From Laetmonice hystrix (Eukaryota): DNA of 64,000 nt. The position numbers were made by a program, and so were the translations under genes. The stretch covers positions 28,336,001 through 28,400,000 of the forward strand of contig OZ249436.1 of NCBI GenBank assembly GCA_965235115.1, read 5' to 3'. The notes under the pieces were generated by a model. The model ran no database searches and was not told the DNA's origin. It saw only the letters and a list, made by a program, of their open reading frames with translations. Of the stretch, positions 51,148 to 62,170 are shown in pieces (position 1 is the first letter of the stretch; each line of letters opens with the position of its first letter).

Positions 51148-52738
51148 TGTGAAGACACACTGCTGCTGCAGTACTGCAGTATGATAATCTTTGTTAATTA
51201 GGATTCGGGCCGAAGCTATAACATGATAACAGCAGATATTTGAATTTGCCTCCGCTCTCCAAAAGGGGTGCTGCAAATGACGTCGATAAGCGTCACCTTA
51301 GAGGCGCTGAAACTCAGCGTGGGGAAAACGAGCTTGGGTATTACTCGACAGGCGCGCATCAGGGAATTCCCCTGTTGCCGGTTATCCAAAATGGCCAAGC
51401 GGTTCGAAGGTTGCAATTGAGTCAGCTGAACGTTCTCCCATTATAACTGCTTGGTCTCACTTCAAGTTATTTGAGTTTTACATGTGACACTAAGCTTATT
51501 TATATGGCAGGGGGGTCGATATTACAGGTTTTAAAAACGTTGTAGCTTTAAAGCCCCACTGTTTTAAAACCTGTAAAATCAACTTAACATCACATGCAAA
51601 CCCCAAATAAATTGAAGTGAGACCAACCACATGTAATGTGGGAACGCTCAGCTGACTCCGTGGTGATTTAACTTCGAACCGCTTCGCCATTTTGGATAAC
51701 CGGTCAACAGGGGAATTCCCTTATGCGCGAGCAGATGTTCCGCTATCCTTTTCAGCTTTTTAGCTGATTCTGTTGGATACATCGATTTTCGTCGCTTAAA
51801 AGCCCATTTCCTCGGATATTTGCAAAGGAAGCGTATGTTCAAATATGGTGGGGAGATACGGGAAGTGAGCATGGGATGCTCTGGAACTTGGGACTGTTAT
51901 GGGATGTTGTTCGATGTCATTTGCAGTGCCACTTTCGGAGAGAGGAGGCAAATTCAAACTCCTGCTATTATCATGTTATACCTTCAGCCTATAATCCTAG
52001 TTAACAAAGATCATCATACTGCAGTATAGCTCGAGAAACTCTAACCCTGGCTACCTGTCGCCCACCGAGGGTTAGAGAGCGAAGCCTACACTTTCAATGT
52101 TACCTCCTCGAACATTATGAACGAGTAGACTTTTCTCGAAAACCGTTGCATGCCGTATACTTTCAAACTGCACATATAAACCCAGAACTCTATATCTGTT
52201 ACAATTTTGATCCATCAAACAGAATAGTTCTGTTGTATTTGCGAGTAATCCCGATTTTTTAGATTCCTGTTAGCTCGATTCGACAGCGATCTCGCCTGTC
52301 GGCGCCATATTGGAAATCCAAGCGTGGCCAGTACCCAGGATTCCATAGCAAGGCTAAACCAACTGATTGCTACCGCTCATTCTTAATTATCTCAATTTGC
52401 TTTGATTTTAGATCAAAATCAAAGCAATTAAATGCTCTGATGGCACTGTCGCTGATATATACCCTCTATGGATGGAGAAACGATCGGAAATGAGGCTTAA
52501 TGAGCACCGGTCACAGCAGACTGATCGATTGGTTTTCTCTCCCAGGTCCACCTAGCGGTTATTTCTCGCATGAAAGAAAATGGCAGCGGGGGTAGTTGAG
52601 GTTTCGCGGCATAAAAAATATCAACTATTTTGGTAAAAGTTTCAACAGTGACATGACGCTTGGTTTTCTTTGCGTGAAACGAAGAGTCAGAGTTAGTCGG
52701 ACTATCTGCAGTACTGCAACAGCAGTGCGTCTTCACAT
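51148..52738. mobile_element. Outer element with ~30-bp inverted ends enclosing the foldback MITE
   Basis: ATGTGAAGACACACTGCTGCTGCAGTACTGCAG pairs with CTGCAGTACTGCAACAGCAGTGCGTCTTCACAT. No clear TSD. Confidence 0.5.
51174..52024. mobile_element. TA-flanked foldback MITE with very long imperfect TIRs
   Basis: Ends read TA|CTGCAGTATGAT.ATCTTTGTTAA ... TTAACAAAGAT.ATCATACTGCAG|TA. Inverted similarity continues inward (TTTGAATTTGCCTCC, GGGAATTCCCCTGTTG, TTGGTCTCACTTCAA). Confidence 0.8.
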
Positions 52739-54727
52739 TATATGTCAATAGATTGCTATCGGTGACAGTAAGTGTTTTATTTTCGAAGTTACGTGCAGTG
52801 TACTTTTAATTATTGGCTGTCACTTTGGTTGAGCGTTCTGGGCAGTCAATTCGAATGGGCCTCGCGAGCAACTCGTCAAAATTTGTATGCTCCCCTTGCC
52901 ATGCATCTCAGCGTCATTTGAGATTTTCTGGTGCTAAAATATTTTTGAAATATAATCATATATACTTGGCTCATACAATCATGCAGGTAAGAAGATAGTG
53001 CTATGAAATATAATAATATTATCATACACTATTCAGGCAACATTTTTGCGAATCTCTGCAATGAATATGAAAGCATTTCTATATATTTTTGCTATAGTCG
53101 GCCTATCAGACAGTAAACCTAATTATATTATTTCGCCTCCCCCGTCTCTATAAACTTCTAAAATAGATGTTAATTAAAATTAAAGCTGATCTATAATTGT
53201 GGAGAACGCCACGATATGACCTGGCCGTGCCTGACAGACTAGCTCAAAGGTCAGATATAAAGTAAACTATAGCAGGGATACTAGATTAACCGACAGCCAC
53301 GAATAATTTCTATACGCCAACCTCCTTTCTGGGTTGTCCATGAAATCGTATCAAGTGTATATATACGACAGTATACCGAGCTAGAAATAAAGAACCTTTT
53401 TATTGATGCGGTTCCAACTACTCTGGAAAAAGAAAATATCTTTTCGCTTGACAGTAACCAGCTGCTACCATCGTGTAGTTGTAGTTTGTGTGAGTGGTAT
53501 GTTTGCCATCAGCTCTCGCGTGAATTCAAGTATTCCAGATTGATAATTATGACGGAGGGGAAGGGAGGCAACCGGGCCTAGTGAGCTACGGAGCTACGAT
53601 GAACTTCTTCATCTGCAACTGTAAAACATTCCACAGATAATCAACAACCACGATTCTTAAATCAATTTCTACTCATAATTTTGGCAATTGCCTTAAGAAA
53701 AGCAGCTATGCCCATAATTGTAGCCGCTGCAGTAAGTCTTTGATGGGCTACATCAGACACGTAAATCAGAAAATCACCACGACACTGCTGCTTCGGCAGA
53801 TGATCTGAGATTTTCTTCAGATTTTCAAATGAGCCCTAAAGTAGATATGTAAATACATTATGGCTGCTGAAAGCTTAGATGTTCTTATGTATTAGGCCAG
53901 GCGCCTATATCTTGCTGTGTCCTTCTCAAAATGTATCACCACTATATGGGACCCATAGGCCTAGCCTATATACATTTTGGAAAAGGGTTAGGCCTACAAT
54001 TGAACACGCATACAAATCTCCAACGGGATCCATGAAACGAAACTGACGCGAGAAATGAGAACAAGAATCTGCAAATTTATACCCCCACGCGTGCCTATCC
54101 ATAGATCTAGATCTATATTTAGGACCTAGATACTTGAACACGTGAGCTTTACATATTCACCACTGGTGTCCTAGTTACTTTAAGTTGACCGTCCTCTGAA
54201 CCATTCTTCAGAGGCTACGTGCCAGGTAAAACATACGACTATAATATTAGCCGTGTATCGGTATAGACAAACAGTGGCGACGCTAGTGTTACCTGGAGAC
54301 GTGTGCGGTCTCAAGTTGTCAGGGAACTGGAGCGTTGGTCAGAAATAAATGTGTGGAACGCCTTTGGTGAATATAGTACCAGGGGTCAAAACGGAAATAT
54401 GGGCATTTCCATGCTCATATTGACCCAGACAGTCAACATCGTGATCTCCCAAGGTCACAAATCCAAACACGTTATCTACTCTATTATCGCTCATATACGT
54501 CAAGCACATAAGGCACGTTGCTACAAATAGGCCTAAATATTGCTGTACAGATCAGAGTGGCTCTGCAAAGGCACCAGCATCAAACATATGTGTATTATTG
54601 TAGAAAAACTGATCAAAAAAGTTAGAAGCCTCTTACCTTGAAAATGCGACGACAAGGTCCACAAGTCTTTTTGACCTCCATCAGGCCTTTGTATTTCTAG
54701 TTCTACAGCATAGATCTAATATCATGG

Positions 54728-55636
54728 CACTCGGAACACCGACGCTGCTAGCTCGTCTGACTGGCTGTTCGTAGGTCATATAGGCCTATATCCGGAGGCG
54801 AACCAGGCCTCGCATGTATGAAGCGGTATGAAGAGATGAGCAGTAGGGCCTAAATTTCCACCTACGCACAGGCACATAGTTCAAATCTAAATTATCAACA
54901 TACCTATGCTTCTCGAATTTTCTACCGGAGAGGTAAAACAGTCTCTTCTTCACCTGCGAGCAAACCAGGTATTCTAACTCTGTAAAGTCCGATACATTAA
55001 GTGGGGAGGTTTCCATTTTCGGCACGGCGGCACTGTGGGAGTCATTTGGGACTCCCTCGGGCATATGACGTCACTTCCTGCTATTCGAATATACCCTCGG
55101 GTGGATTAGTGGCCATGTTTGGCAACCGGATACATGGCCAAATGGAGGTGTGTAGCGAGGCACTGAGTGAACCGTCATATCCCATCGAGCCAGGAAGTAG
55201 TGCATTATTGACACCTGCTCCTTCGGCGTTGTATGTGCAAATATAAATTTCTGGTATGAAGGGGAACGTTTGAAGAAGAAAAATGAATCACCTAATTTAC
55301 CCAAATGGGCGTCAGTAGGGTAATTTATCAAATTATGGGAAGCAATATGGCCGCGCCCATGAACGACACATGCACGACACATGGTAGGACTAGGCCTACT
55401 TGTAATTTAAGTTGTATTATGAACATGATAGGCCTACTATCGTAATATTGCCCACTGACTTCGGGGAAGGCACTGTAGGCCTATTTTAGTTGCTTCCATG
55501 CCTGAGGAAGACAAAATACTGCAAGCACTGCCGTGCTGTCGAGATCCCGGCTAAATATACCCGCGATGCAATGCTCAAAATGGCGCCCATTTCACCCGAG
55601 GCTACTTTCGTAGATATGGCCGATGGAATCCCGAAT
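54728..55636 (+). repeat. Contiguous copy of the dispersed repeat whose parts also occur at 50352-51000 and 44007-44995
   Basis: Direct string matches to both segments. Confidence 0.85.
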
Positions 55637-55729
55637 GTGTGGGAGTTTCAGTTTGCTGTTGTCTATAGCCTACATCCGGGCCACTGATCCCCGTGAACCC
55701 CCTGTCCTTGGGCCGGGGAGAGGGAGTTA

Positions 55730-56234
55730 GGCCTTAACCATCCCATTGGTCTTATTAATCATAGATTTAACATCAGCGGAACATATCGAGGTGTGAACTG
55801 CAACTTGTATCATCTGAAAAGGCACCTTGAACATATTCCCGAGGAATTTGGAAAATCCCATCTGAGAGTACTGTCCTCGCTCTCTACTCACCAGGTGGCG
55901 ACACCCAGCCTGCACGCACGCCACCTTGTAGGCTACGCTCACGATCGCGTCCATTTGCTAAAATGAACGCTTTTAAATGTAAATCATATACGGGAACACT
56001 CTCTCCGGGCAGAGATCGCTCTCTTCGTTCAATCTCTGCCACACATTGGGTATTACAGTTTGAGTGATCCCTGACCTGACCTAGAAATCCCCGACCATTG
56101 CCGAGCTCGAATCGTACATGGCTCGATCTTGCTGAGTCACTCTTGTTGTTTACTTTTACGGCGCAGACTGTCAGAATATGTTGCCACACAAACATCCAAA
56201 TCTTCAGAGAAATCATCCGCCATGCAGCCGCCAT
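55730..56234 (-). pseudogene. Decayed transposon accessory ORF (possibly SWIM/YqaJ-type protein of ISL2EU/Harbinger-like elements)
   Basis: Frameshifted pieces MADDFSEDLDVCVATYSDSLRRKSKQQE..LSKI and ..LKAFILANG..RAGWV loosely resemble the N-terminal 'Y..L...RY..K' and 'LKAYKSL.AY..F..GWV' motifs. Recognised by eye only. Confidence 0.3.
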
Positions 56235-56899
56235 GTTAGAACGGAAGTACTTAGTCGGAAATAGCTGATTTACCTCCGAAAATGTAGTTCCTAATAAACG
56301 GATAAACGGAGCAAACCCCTCTGCATTATGGGAGATTGGTACAGGAACCTGGGTAAGGCACAGAGGTGTATAGGTAATAAGGACACCGCTTGCCGAACTA
56401 TAGGCCTACTTCCTTTGAGAAGCCATGGCGCATTTCCCCGTGGCACCAGTCGAACTGGTGGTTATCCAAAGACAAACACCCGGTGTAAGCTTAAATAAAG
56501 AAATATCACTATGCTTGTCGCACCTCTTCGATAACAGCAATCATCTTAGGCCGATTTTTCTCCATAGAAACTGAAGTGACGTTGCACTTTGCCCCATTGC
56601 AGATTTCCCTTTGCCCTCGGAATATTTCTTATTTTTATAATTTCATATATTTCAATAAAACTTGCTTTTAGATGAACTTTGTTTGTGTCATCTGTAAGTG
56701 TTATTCCAAAGTCAAAACAAAATAGTCGAATGGTTTTGATTGTCTACATTCTTCACAGGGTTTTAGCCGTGCCAATTATTTTGGTCCACTTTTTCTATCA
56801 AAAGGAAGCCAATGATGTGGTTTTTCTTCATGTATGTAACAGTTTCATTGAAAGACGATTTCCAAAATGTACAAGAGTTCGTTTAAAATCAAGTGCTTA

Positions 56900-57500
56900 C
56901 TTTTGCAAATTTCTAGTGTTTGACCTCTGGGATGATCTGCATGTGTTTGACTAAAATTTGAAGGAGCTCCAATAAATACATGCAGAAATATAGCGGAATT
57001 CACTATTTCCTCAATTATTCTCTAAAATTTTCACTGTTGCGATGGAAACCAGTTCAGAAAGGAGTGTAGGTCATGGCATCCTTTCTGATATCAATTGCCA
57101 GACCCTCATGGGTTTCCATACCAAATTTGGTGCTTTTATCCACTCTGTTTGCCAAAATTTGGTCCTAAGCTACCCCACTATATGTTTTTTAGGGAAAATG
57201 TTTAATTAGCTAATTGGCCTAATTGGCCTTATGAGCATGGGTTTGACCATATTATCTCCACAAACTCCACAAAGGACGTTGATACCATTTCTGAAATTCA
57301 AGATGGCCACCAAATCCCGATTTTAGTGAGATTTGAATCCATTTTCTGATATTCAACATTGCTACCAAATCCAAGATGGCCGCCATCTAAACCATCTCCC
57401 TTTCCCCCTCTGTCCCTCTGTCCCTCTCCCCTCTCTCCCTCCCTCCCTTTCTCCCTCCCTTTCTCCCTCCCTCCCTCCCTTCCTCTCTCTTTCTCTCTCA
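56900..57500. mobile_element. Probable Helentron/HINE-like interspersed repeat ending in a (CCCT)n tract
   Basis: CCAAATTTGGTGC and repeated CAAGATGGCC(A/G)CCA motifs precede a pyrimidine microsatellite at 57395-57500. Similar architecture at ~14915-15580. Confidence 0.35.
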
Positions 57501-58292
57501 ATATAAACAAGGTACATGTATGTATTTCTCATTGAAGTCCCAGTAGAGTTGTGAAGGACCCGTATTGACACCGACTGGCTCCGCCACCGGCCTATGTCAA
57601 CAGAAGACCTACATTTACAGCCGAGGATCTGTCGGTAAACTTCCTGATTCTAGGTCCCCGACACGTTAGTAAATATGAATAATATAAAAAAAATATGAAA
57701 ACCATCTACCAACGGTTTTTGGGCCCTTAGATTTGTGGAAAGGTACCAGTGGTTTCTGATATAGATATCTGACGGCTGTCTCATGCACTAGGCTCATGTA
57801 GTAGTCTGAAATTACCAAACGTGCCTTCCCGCAAAGTAGCAGGAGCATGTTTCCTCCGAATGTAATTCATCGTAAATTATTTATAACGAGAAAACATGAT
57901 CCTCTTGTTCTGATGCTGCACCGGCTATAGGAACTCAACTTAATACTTTCCAGAGCATGTCTTAAATTCCAAGAACTCTCGCACGCGGTATTTTTTTTAA
58001 TAACGTTTATTCTTCTTTGGTACACTCACCTTTGAAAACCAACTCAGACTGGAGAGCCATGGATATCAGGCTTCATGTTATTTTGCATTTGCTACGAAGT
58101 TACCGGTTAGCATAATATAGCATTAATACATAACCTTGAATCCTGTAAGCCTATACTGCCACTGTCCGATCCCCCTTGGGTTAAAGTACTTCTCTTCAAA
58201 AGAATAGTTAATACTAAGTGCATTATGACATCTTATAATCTTAATATTGTTTGGCAAATTGTCAGCAGAATGTGGGTTGAACAAATTCAATG

Positions 58293-59267
58293 TCAGCGGT
58301 TATGACGGTCAACGCGAACAATGATAATCAAGACAATAGCGAGAGCCCCATACTGCCAGAGAAGGAGATTGCTGCCGTCTTGAATTAAACCATCAAAAAG
58401 TTTGATGGTAGAGTTTCGCTCATTTACGGTTAGACACCCCGTCTTGAAACGCCGTTCAACACACCCGAAGGCTTTAAAGGTGCTCAGCGAGCTCAGTTTC
58501 ACAGGGTTTCGGATCCACTCTAATGCCTGCTGGACTGTCACCACCCAAATACCCTCCTGATTGCTCACATAATCCAGGAACTTTTCGAAGCCACTCATCG
58601 CCTCGCGATTGTCCAGCAACCATCGAGCATGCACGTTAATGCTGAAGGGTGCGCGGTTGGTTTTGTAGATGCGTTGGAAATTGTCATTCAATAATTCATA
58701 GGTTTTTCCTGGACTGCTAAGAAGCGTTCTACACGAATCGAGGTAGGCACAAGGAAGTCCCGAAGCTTTGTCATAAAGTTTACCAACGGGAACTTCCCAT
58801 AAGCCGGGGTGTTTCTTCTGTGGACAAGGCCAGAGTTCACACGTTATCTCCTCCCCAAACGGAGTATCTAAAGTAAACGGCCAGTAGTTGGTTTTATTGG
58901 GAAAGCCAGCGCGTAGCGTGCTGTCGAAGTAGAAATCGAGATCAGCTTTGAGCGCGTAAAACTGGGCATCTCCCCCTGGTTGTAAAAATGGCGTCCGCCA
59001 GCCGGCAACGTTAAATTGCGTCACACCTCCCTTCTCAACGATATTCTCCTTTTGAGCGGAAGCCTCTCTTCTATAATCTTCGCGTTTAGCGCTCTGCCAA
59101 AATCCTTGATTGTGTTGCAATAATCCATTAACGGCTATTTCGTGTCCCTGTGCCCATAGTCTGTTGACTGAACAATAGTCCGTGCGGTCATCGGAGACAT
59201 ACAGGGTGCTCACAATAGGACATTCGTTGGGATTCGTTCTATCTTCGTTAAACAACTGTGCTATCAC
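58293..59267 (-). CDS. Terminal exon of a chitin deacetylase-like (carbohydrate esterase family 4, NodB domain) gene with a C-terminal hydrophobic anchor
   Basis: The 324-codon ORF starts exactly at the acceptor TTTCTCATTTCAG|GTG. Motifs: NPNECP, TDYC, GHEIA, GWRTPFL, FDST, WPFTLD, PGLWEVP, NF.R.Y.TNRAP, VHARW and WVVT..Q..EWIRNP. The tail is LLLWQYGALAIVLIIIV. The N-terminal TFDD exon was not found in the window. Confidence 0.9.
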   Translation of the reverse strand: MIAQLFNEDRTNPNECPIVSTLYVSDDRTDYCSVNRLWAQGHEIAVNGLLQHNQGFWQSAKREDYRREASAQKENIVEKGGVTQFNVAGWRTPFLQPGGDAQFYALKADLDFYFDSTLRAGFPNKTNYWPFTLDTPFGEEITCELWPCPQKKHPGLWEVPVGKLYDKASGLPCAYLDSCRTLLSSPGKTYELLNDNFQRIYKTNRAPFSINVHARWLLDNREAMSGFEKFLDYVSNQEGIWVVTVQQALEWIRNPVKLSSLSTFKAFGCVERRFKTGCLTVNERNSTIKLFDGLIQDGSNLLLWQYGALAIVLIIIVRVDRHNR

Positions 59268-60275
59268 CTGAAATGAGAAAAATGCGTTTCATGAATAAAT
59301 GGAACATAAAATACATTCTCATTTTACAGACTTATTGAGTCCGAATTTATAGTCTAGTAAGTTCAAGGCCGCGTCGGATATTTAAATTCTTATTTAATTC
59401 TTATTTAATGCAGGAGCAAAGGCTTGATTTTCAAAAAACGCCGATTTTAAAGCGAGCTTTGTCCAAAGCTGAGCTCGTTTAGAATTCGCATCTACCCGGT
59501 CGTATAGGAGTCTGCCGAATGACCTCTCATATTCTTTTCTCCAGCTCAGTTTCCCGACCATGGTATTGCAGATTTCTCTGAGAAATCTCCCCCAAACTTT
59601 CCCAAAATACTTCCGGGGACAGTCTGCCCCCTGCCCCTCCCCGGTAGCTACGCTACTGGTTTTTAGTAGCCTATAGCTATAGGCCTACATGACTTGAAAG
59701 TAAGCCTATACTGCACGGATCATGAAACACAACCTGCATTCAGCGGACAAAACTGGGAGTGCCCAGCGTAACGTTAACCCTAGCTACATCCTTGGACCAC
59801 TTTCTTTGAGTAGTTATGAACTCTGAAAACTGGTTAAATTTTACGTGCGGCTTAGCTCATGTCGGGGTCGAGTGAACCATGGACTTTGGCGGTGTTCCAC
59901 AAATACTAGCGAAACATTATAAACAGACAAGTATATACTGTATGATTGTATTAGCTACCGATTTTGGCCATCCCAAGATATAAAGGAAACCACTTCACAA
60001 ACGTAGGCGCTGATGTGATCTATAAAAGCCAATCAAATAACCCAGTTTGTTACAATAAGATTTTAATACTAATTGAAACACGTTGGAACCTCCCGGTTCT
60101 TCCGTCGCTCAGGCCTATATTCCAGGTGAGGTTTTGTATTGCCAATATAAACAGATGATCTAGGTCGACGAAAAGGGTGTAGATGGCACCAAGCTGTGAC
60201 CATTATACGGAGGGCTCTCGTCACCTGAAGGAGGTTATATAGGACGGTTGACTGGCTGAAAAATATTTGTCGCTA

Positions 60276-61262
60276 TCGGGTGGGCCAAAACATTTTGGAA
60301 CGCTCTTTTCCTGACTGTAACTTCTATAATGTTTATCCCAATGTCATAATATTTGGTACATAGTATCATCTAGTTATTTGGGGCATGTGGTACGAATTTC
60401 AGATAAATAGGTCGAAACGTCTACAAATAGGGTCATTTTTAAAAATTCGTGTCAAAAATTGCAATGCCGGACTAGGGTCATTAGCGTGAAGCCGCACGTC
60501 TTTTAAGCGGGAAACTGCCGCGGAGTCCCGTCGTGTTGAATGACCCAGTTTTCTTGGTTGTTGCCACTGTGTCTGAATGACGTGACGTCAAATGTATGAA
60601 ATGCCCCCCTGCCCAAAACTGGTGGCCAGTCCCGACTTAAACCCCATGGATTACACCATATGGGATTCCCTGTCTAAAAAAGTCTATAAAGGTCGCAAAC
60701 AAAAATTCACCGAGAATGAACTAAAGGAGAAAATTCGGGAAAAGTGGGAACGAATTACTCTAGAAGAAGTCAGGAAGTCAATCGGGATATTCAAAAAGAG
60801 ACTAAGGGCTGTGTGTGAACAGGGGTGAACAGTGAACAGGATGGGGGTCACATCGAAAACCTTTTCATTTCAACTAAAATAGGTGGGTGACACTTACATA
60901 GCTCTCCGGCAGGGTTTTTTTCACCACAAAATGCTATTTACCATATAACACGATGCCCTAAACATCAGTGACACACTATGAAAATTGTAGAAGCTATAGT
61001 CAAGTAAAGAGTGTTCCAGACACAGCGGGACCAAATCTGCCGAGGATGCTTGGACCGGCATTGTAATTTTTGATATACAGTTTTTACATACAGTTTTTAA
61101 AATGGCCCTATTTTTAGACAATTTGACCTATTTATCTGAAATTAGTACCACATGCCCCAATTTACCAGATGATATCATGTTCCAAATATTATGACATTGG
61201 GGTAAAAATTGTAGAAATTACAGTCAAGAAAAGGGTGTTCCAAAATCTTTAGGCCCACCGGG
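60276..61262 (+). mobile_element. Non-autonomous Tc1/mariner element with a transposase remnant
   Basis: Ends read TA|TCGGGTGGGCC ... GGCCCACCGGG|TA with ~195-bp imperfect TIRs. The internal ORF 60592-60828 has SPDLNPMDY.IW and KKRLRAV. Confidence 0.9.
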
Positions 61263-61567
61263 TATATTATATAGTAAACATTTCCGCTTTCGCAGAGGGA
61301 AGGAAACTTTGAGGGCATTACGTATTTGTCAACTTAAAAAAAGATAACAAAACTATTACAGAAATGGGAAGCGAGGGAAAAAAGCAGGTTCATATAGATC
61401 AGGCATAGGAAATAATATCTCTGTTTATCTGAGGCTATAGGGCCAAAAAGAGAAAATTTCCGGTTTCTGGCATGCGCGCGAGTCACTTCAACAGCAGCGC
61501 ATCAATGTTGTTTTTTCTTGCCCTCACCTGGCATGAATGTGTTATTTGTGCTGCCAACTAGCGGTAA

Positions 61568-62170
61568 AGCCCCAGTCCCACCAAAGCCGAATTAGCTACG
61601 ATGTGTCACGATCTGATAGATCGTGTAGAATCGGGAACGGTCCTAACTCGGTCGTATAGAGCAGTCTTGATAGGTCGGGATAGGCCACGATTGCACCCCG
61701 ACAATTTTGAACTGTTCAAAACAATCGGCATTGGTCGGGAGAAAGCTCAAATCGGGGCTATATCGTAGGCCAAACGTTGCTCAGTCGGGAATAGTCGGGG
61801 GGCAATCGGGATAGGTCGTTGTGCAGTCCTGGTTACATAGGTCGGCATAAAACGTTGCTACGTGATCCACTAACGTTGCGATAGCTTACGCAAGCATCTA
61901 CATTTTTTTCTCTCTCGGAAGCTTCGGAAGTACGTACACGTGCTCGTAAGGCCGCGTAAGGAATCGTAGGCTTGCGTAACCTGGGCAAGCACTCAAACAG
62001 AAAGCATAATCCACTTCTAGGGTCTTAAGAGCTCTTCCGATCGTCAAAATGGAGGCCGAGGAGGGTGCACTGGTTGCTCTCACCTTCGCCTTATTGGCCG
62101 AAGGTGAGGAACAAGAAATCCAAGAAGGGGAAAAAGGACAAAAAAGAAAACATAAATGTTGGGTGCTCGC
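61568..62170 (+). mobile_element. 5' fragment of a PIF/Harbinger element
   Basis: Terminus TAA|AGCCCCAGTCCCACCA, with many (A/G)TCGGG/TCGTA subterminal repeats. ORF 62049 (MEAEEGALVALTFALLAE...KRKHKCWV) resembles a Harbinger transposase N-terminus. Confidence 0.55.

Noticed and set aside
59265..59267. GTG start codon for the deacetylase ORF
   Set aside because: It sits directly after a canonical acceptor and the N-terminal catalytic motif is missing, so it is an exon boundary.
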